The notes under the pieces are model-generated. The model was not told where the DNA came from. It saw only the letters and a program-made list of their open reading frames with translations, and did not search any database. 11,807 bases of DNA from assembly GCA_036231405.1 (NCBI GenBank), contig JAZAHK010000045.1, positions 1 to 11,807 of the forward strand. Direction: 5' to 3'. Shown in pieces: positions 7,372 to 11,807 of the stretch. Each line of letters starts with the position of its first letter. The first letter of the stretch is position 1. Origin of the DNA: Nitrospinota bacterium (lineage in GTDB: Bacteria; UBA8248). Both the position numbers and the translations under genes were made by a program.

Positions 7372-8094
7372 ATGAATTTTAGATTAGTAGATTTAACACA
7401 AGAAATATATAATGGAATGCCAGTCTATCCAGGACATCAAAGAACCGGAATTTTCCCTTCGAAAACGCATGAAGAAACTTCTAAAGCGAATGCGTCTTCA
7501 CCATCTGGACATACTTCAACTACCAATACGATCATAATGAGTGACCATGGGCCAACTCATGTGGATGCTTTTTTGCATATTGACAAAAACCCCGGTGCTG
7601 AGAGTATTGATGAACTAGGTTTTGAATGGTTCTTCAACGAAGGAATATGTTTAGACCTTTCTGAATTTTGTAATACTGATACATGGATTGAGTCTGATGA
7701 TCTAGAGAGGGCCTGCGAAAAATCTGGACTTGAAATTCCAGAGAAAGGAACTGTTCTAATTTGGAGCGGTCATTATGAAACAAATTACAGAGATGATTTT
7801 TATGATTATATGTATAAATATCCAGGATTGAGTGAATCCGCTACGAACTGGTTGGCAGACAAAGGTTGCGTAAACATTGGGATAGACTCTCCTAGCATTG
7901 ATTCTTCAGCTGCTATGAAAGACAAGGGATACTGGGCACATAAAGCTTGTAGAGAAAGAAAGGTTCTTAACGTAGAAAATTTGGCTAACTTAAAACAAGT
8001 GGTTGGAACAAAATTTATTTTTTCATGTTTGCCATTGAAAATCAGAAGAGGAACCGGTTCTCCTGTTAGAGCAGTTGCAATTTATTTTGATTAA
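7372..8094 (+). CDS. Cyclase-family metal-dependent hydrolase (kynurenine formamidase/isatin hydrolase fold)
   Basis: VDLTQ..YNGMPVYPG, HGPTHVDAFLH (variant of HxGTHxDxPxH), PGLS, IGIDSPSID, H....VENL.NL, PLKI..GTGSPVRAVA. Confidence 0.9.
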   Translation: MNFRLVDLTQEIYNGMPVYPGHQRTGIFPSKTHEETSKANASSPSGHTSTTNTIIMSDHGPTHVDAFLHIDKNPGAESIDELGFEWFFNEGICLDLSEFCNTDTWIESDDLERACEKSGLEIPEKGTVLIWSGHYETNYRDDFYDYMYKYPGLSESATNWLADKGCVNIGIDSPSIDSSAAMKDKGYWAHKACRERKVLNVENLANLKQVVGTKFIFSCLPLKIRRGTGSPVRAVAIYFD

Positions 8095-8141
8095 GTCTTA
8101 GTTTTATGTTTTTAGGGTAATACTAGAGGAAAGGAACAAGT

Positions 8142-9317
8142 ATGGATTTTAAGCTTACAGAAGAACAAAAAGCTTTAGTTGATTTAGCACGAGATTTTGC
8201 AGAGAAGGAAATTAGACCAGTAGCAAAAGAATTGGACAAGGAGCCTGATCCATTAAAACGGTTCCCTTGGGATGTCCTTGAGAAAGGAAGTAAGTTGGGA
8301 TTAAGAACTCTGGCCCTTCCGACAGAATTAGGTGGAGCTGGTGCAGACGTTTTGACTTTATGTTTGGTGGGAGAAGAGTTGGCTTGGGGTGATTTAGGCA
8401 CAGCAGTAACTTTTGATCAAACCTGGAAAATTACCCACCTGTTTGAGACTCTAACGAACGAGGAGCAAAAATCTAAATATTTGAGCCGATTTTTAGAAGA
8501 TGATTTGTTTCATCTTGCAGTGGCTATGACTGAACCATCTGGGGGTTCTGATAATATCATTCCATTTGATAGCCCAGATGCTGGTGTAAAGACAACAGCA
8601 GTACCAGATGGGGATGATTGGATTGCGAACGGAAAGAAACAGTATATAAGTAACGGTGGAGTTGCGAAACTTTACATAGTGGCAATGCGGACTGATCCAA
8701 GTAAGGGAGTCTCAGAGGGAATGACTTACTTTTTACTTGACCCAAGCATGGAAGGTTTTGAGATAGGGAAGTTTCACGACAAATTAGGGCAGAGACTCTC
8801 ACTGAATGCAGAATTGTTATTTAAGGATTGTAGAATCCCTGATAAGAATCGAATCACAGAAGTAAATAAAGCCATGGAAGCTAGGAAAACTTTTGTCTTA
8901 GGTTCAAATATTGAAGCTGCCGCTACAGTACTAGGCACTGCTCGAGCCTCTCATGAAGATGCTTTGGAATATGCTCGAAATCGTGTCCAAGGCGGCAAAC
9001 CTATCATTGAACATCAAGCAGTGGGTTTTATGTTGTGTGATTCTTTCGCTGAGTACCAGGCATCTAGGCAAATGCTGCATTATGCTGCATGGACGATATC
9101 GGATAGAAATTCATATGATCCTAAAATAGGATTCTTGACTAAAAGTTTTGTTTCCGAAGCGTCGTTCCGTATTGCCACTCGGTCTATGGAAGTTTGGGGT
9201 GGTATGGGTTATATGACAGAAGCTCCTATGGAAAAGTATCTTAGGGATGTGACTAGCTTTCTGCATTCCGATGGCACAAATCAGACGATGCGAATTCGTT
9301 CTATGAAGCATTTATAG
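8142..9317 (+). CDS. Acyl-CoA dehydrogenase-family flavoprotein, non-canonical active site
   Basis: MDFKLTEEQ, AMTEPSGGSD, W..NG.KQYISNG, KLGQR, EYAR.R.Q.GKPI..HQAV, WGGMGY...P.EKYLRD; SDGT in place of the usual YEGT. Confidence 0.92.
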   Translation: MDFKLTEEQKALVDLARDFAEKEIRPVAKELDKEPDPLKRFPWDVLEKGSKLGLRTLALPTELGGAGADVLTLCLVGEELAWGDLGTAVTFDQTWKITHLFETLTNEEQKSKYLSRFLEDDLFHLAVAMTEPSGGSDNIIPFDSPDAGVKTTAVPDGDDWIANGKKQYISNGGVAKLYIVAMRTDPSKGVSEGMTYFLLDPSMEGFEIGKFHDKLGQRLSLNAELLFKDCRIPDKNRITEVNKAMEARKTFVLGSNIEAAATVLGTARASHEDALEYARNRVQGGKPIIEHQAVGFMLCDSFAEYQASRQMLHYAAWTISDRNSYDPKIGFLTKSFVSEASFRIATRSMEVWGGMGYMTEAPMEKYLRDVTSFLHSDGTNQTMRIRSMKHL

Positions 9318-9328
9318 AAAGGAAAATA

Positions 9329-10417
9329 ATGGAAAAATTGATAATTGAAGATTTGGAAGTTATCCCTTTACAGGTTCCTTTGAAGAAAATTTTTCAGAGC
9401 TCTTTGGGAGTGTATACACATCTTGATGTTGTGGTTGTGAAAATGGAGACGAAGTATGGTCCTCAAGGAATTGGTGTGACCACTGGCCTAGGAGGAGCTG
9501 CAGGAACAGCTATAGTACCATATATTAAAAATGAACTTTCCCCACTTGTTATAGGAGAAGATGCGTTATCTCCAGAATTGATATGGGCAAAAATGTGGGG
9601 GCCCAATAAAGCGAGGATGCGGGGTGGGATGGGTCTTCACGCTTTGTCTTGTGTAGATATTGCTTGTTGGGATGTGTTGGCTAAGGCTGCAGGTCAACCA
9701 ATTAATCGACTCCTCGGTGGGTTCAAACAATCTATTCCTGTCTATGGAAGTGGAGGTTGGCATACTTTGAGTGACGAGGAACTTTTAGAAGAAGCTGAAG
9801 AGACAGTTTCTCTCGGTTGTACTGCGTATAAACTTAAAATTGGGACAAATCGTGATGAGGATAGGATTTCCTTTTTACGTGAAAAAATGGGAGAAGATTT
9901 CATCTTATTTGCTGATGCAAATCAAAAATACAATGTAAGAGAAGCAATTGAAGTGTCAAACATGTTGGCGGAATATGGAGTTGCTTGGTTTGAAGAGCCT
10001 GTGATTGCAGATTCAGTTGATGATTTAGCTGCCTTAGCAAAAGTGAGTATGGTTCCGCTTGCAGTAGGTGAAAATTCATATATGCGCTGGGGATTCCGAG
10101 AGTTGTGTGAAAAACGCGCAGTTGGATTCTTGCAGCCTGATGTTGGAAGGTGTGGTGGAATAACAGAGTTTAGGAAAATTGCTAATCTTGCTGATGCTTT
10201 TAATATATCATTGTCTTGTCATTTGGTTCATGAGATTTCAGTAAGCTTAATAGGTGCGAGTCCTAGTGGGTATATGGCCGAATATATGGACTTTTTTAAA
10301 CCGGAAGATATAACACAAGATTTTTCAGTTAAGAATGGAAAAATTGCTGTTCCAGATGTTCCAGGACACGGTTTTGAATTCACTGATAATGCTCTTAAAA
10401 ATTATAGAATCGATTAA
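9329..10417 (+). CDS. Enolase-superfamily enzyme, mandelate racemase subgroup (probable acid/acid-sugar dehydratase or racemase)
   Basis: S.VDIA.WD..AK..G.P...LLGG, YKLKIG (KxK), metal ligands DANQ / FEEP / GEN, QPD..R.GGITE plus a downstream His (His-Asp dyad), P..PG.G at the C-terminus. Confidence 0.9.
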   Translation: MEKLIIEDLEVIPLQVPLKKIFQSSLGVYTHLDVVVVKMETKYGPQGIGVTTGLGGAAGTAIVPYIKNELSPLVIGEDALSPELIWAKMWGPNKARMRGGMGLHALSCVDIACWDVLAKAAGQPINRLLGGFKQSIPVYGSGGWHTLSDEELLEEAEETVSLGCTAYKLKIGTNRDEDRISFLREKMGEDFILFADANQKYNVREAIEVSNMLAEYGVAWFEEPVIADSVDDLAALAKVSMVPLAVGENSYMRWGFRELCEKRAVGFLQPDVGRCGGITEFRKIANLADAFNISLSCHLVHEISVSLIGASPSGYMAEYMDFFKPEDITQDFSVKNGKIAVPDVPGHGFEFTDNALKNYRID

Positions 10418-10434
10418 AAAAATGGAGGACTCGC

Positions 10435-11358
10435 TTGAAAATTTTAACTTATAATTACAGGGGTTTAGAACGCGTTGGTTTGTATGTTGGAGATAAAATC
10501 TCACATTTGTCACGTCTTTCCGGTCATTTTGGTAGACCTGACTTAGCTATTCCATCAATTATGGAAATTATGGAGAATTGGAATAATATATCTTCAGGAT
10601 TAGAGTCATTGTTGGAGGAAGCAGGAAAAAATATTAAAAAAATCAAGCCGATTCTTATGAATCCCGAAGACATTGAATTTCTTCCTCCTGTGACGAATCC
10701 ATCAAAAAACATCATGTGTTTGGGACTTAACTACAGAGACCATGTAGCAGAAGGATTGAAAGCAAAAGACGAACGTACTGAAAAGGTTGAACTAGATGAG
10801 CCGATTTTTTTCACAAAATCACCTAGTACCTTAGTTGGTCACAATGTAGATTTTCCCATGATTGTTACGAGTGATAAGTTGGATTACGAAGGTGAATTGG
10901 CTTTTGTGATTGGTAAGCCTGGGAAAAATATCCCGAAAGATAAAGTATATGAACATATTTTTGGTTATTGTTGTTCGAATGATCTATGCGCGAGAGATAT
11001 TCAGAGAAGGCATAAACAGTTGTTTAAAGGGAAAACACTAGATTTCACATGTCCAATTGGTCCTTTCCTAGTTCCTAAAGAATATTACCAAGATCCTATG
11101 AATGCTTCTATACAAACTTGGGTAAATGGGGAAATTAGACAGGCATCTAATACAAAGATGATGATTCACGATATTCCATCGATTGTTGCAATTCTTTCGG
11201 AAGATTTCACTTTAGAGACAGGTGATATCATAATGACTGGAACCCCCTCAGGAGTAGGGTACGCACGAGATGTTCCAACTTTTCTTAAGGTAGGGGATGT
11301 TGTCGAGGTAGAAGTGGAAAATTTAGGGAGATTAAGAACTGAGATAGTTAATAACTAA
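10435..11358 (+). CDS. Fumarylacetoacetate hydrolase (FAH)-family protein
   Basis: CLGLNYRDH, P.FF.K, LDYEGELAFVIGK, GY...ND..ARD.Q, KGK..D...PIGP, L..GD.I.TGTPSGVG. TTG start with GGAGG at 10424-10428. Confidence 0.92.
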   Translation: MKILTYNYRGLERVGLYVGDKISHLSRLSGHFGRPDLAIPSIMEIMENWNNISSGLESLLEEAGKNIKKIKPILMNPEDIEFLPPVTNPSKNIMCLGLNYRDHVAEGLKAKDERTEKVELDEPIFFTKSPSTLVGHNVDFPMIVTSDKLDYEGELAFVIGKPGKNIPKDKVYEHIFGYCCSNDLCARDIQRRHKQLFKGKTLDFTCPIGPFLVPKEYYQDPMNASIQTWVNGEIRQASNTKMMIHDIPSIVAILSEDFTLETGDIIMTGTPSGVGYARDVPTFLKVGDVVEVEVENLGRLRTEIVNN

Positions 11359-11390
11359 TTTTCTGTTTTAAAATTTAGGAGGAATTTCCG

Positions 11391-11798
11391 TTGAATGAAG
11401 ATTCATTGTTTGAGGCAGCGATTCGAAGAGGTGACACACAATACGGGGATGGATACACAGAACGTCTCTTTGATAGGATGAATAAGTTAGATCCTGATTT
11501 TTCAATGATGTTTCAAAAATTTGTGCATGGTGGACTGTACGATAGAGATGTTATTCCGCACAAAGTGAGAGAATTTTGTGCAATTTCTGCACTACTAGTA
11601 ACAGGAAAATTTAATCAAATGAGAGGACATTTAACCGCTGCTCATAATTATGGAGCAGAAGATAAAGAGATACTTGAAGTAATTTTTCAAATGTTTACTT
11701 ATGTTGGAGCGCCTGCAGTTTTGGAGGCCCTTGGTATTTATGAACAATGGGTAAAGGATGGATATTCTATGTCAGGTTTTGGTACTACTAAAGAATGA
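11391..11798 (+). CDS. Carboxymuconolactone decarboxylase (CMD/AhpD-like) family protein
   Basis: Helical pattern DPDF....F..G.LY.R..I..K.RE...I.AL...G...Q...H...A...G....EI.E.I.....Y.G.P; no AhpD CxxC. TTG start with AGGAGGA at 11377-11383. Confidence 0.85.
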   Translation: MNEDSLFEAAIRRGDTQYGDGYTERLFDRMNKLDPDFSMMFQKFVHGGLYDRDVIPHKVREFCAISALLVTGKFNQMRGHLTAAHNYGAEDKEILEVIFQMFTYVGAPAVLEALGIYEQWVKDGYSMSGFGTTKE

Positions 11799-11807
11799 TG
11801 GAAATGT
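11795..11807 (+). CDS. Possible start of the next, translationally coupled gene (runs off the window)
   Basis: ATGATG overlaps the CMD stop TGA (in-frame ATGs at 11795 and 11798); only 4 codons are visible. Confidence 0.3.

Noticed and set aside
7372-8094. Naming the cyclase-family gene kynB
   Set aside because: The motif is variant and there is no tryptophan-catabolism context.
181-10715. Short alternative-frame and antisense ORFs of 60-100 aa (e.g. 359-613, 2985-3182, 3921-4166, 4428-4727, 8123-8401)
   Set aside because: All overlap well-supported genes and show no recognisable motifs; they are shadow ORFs.
11391-11798. Calling the CMD protein PcaC or AhpD
   Set aside because: No pca genes are nearby and the peroxidase CxxC motif is absent; only family-level support exists.
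1-11807. CRISPR arrays, tRNA/rRNA, IS elements, prophage, frameshifted pseudogenes, selenocysteine recoding
   Set aside because: No spaced repeats, transposase or integrase motifs, or interrupted reading frames were seen. Intergenic gaps are at most about 110 nt, and the complete genes appear full length for their families.

Overview
AT-rich bacterial chromosomal segment with 12 protein-coding genes, all on the + strand. No rRNA, tRNA, CRISPR array or mobile element was detected. There are three blocks. (1) 1-3148: a three-subunit thiamine-diphosphate/[4Fe-4S] 2-oxoacid:ferredoxin oxidoreductase (gamma/delta fusion truncated by the window edge, alpha, beta), closed by an intrinsic terminator. 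It most resembles oxalate oxidoreductase (YPIRP motif) but has altered active-site residues. (2) 3179-7333: an FGE/SUMF1-fold protein with an apparent SH3b domain inserted inside it, then moeA, mobA, a Rid-family gene and an lgt with atypical conserved residues. (3) 7372-11798: a tightly packed catabolic-looking cluster of unknown substrate (cyclase-family hydrolase, non-canonical acyl-CoA dehydrogenase, mandelate-racemase-subgroup enzyme, FAH-family protein, CMD-family protein) that probably continues past the window. All family calls come from motif recognition and recalled reference sequences; no searches were run.
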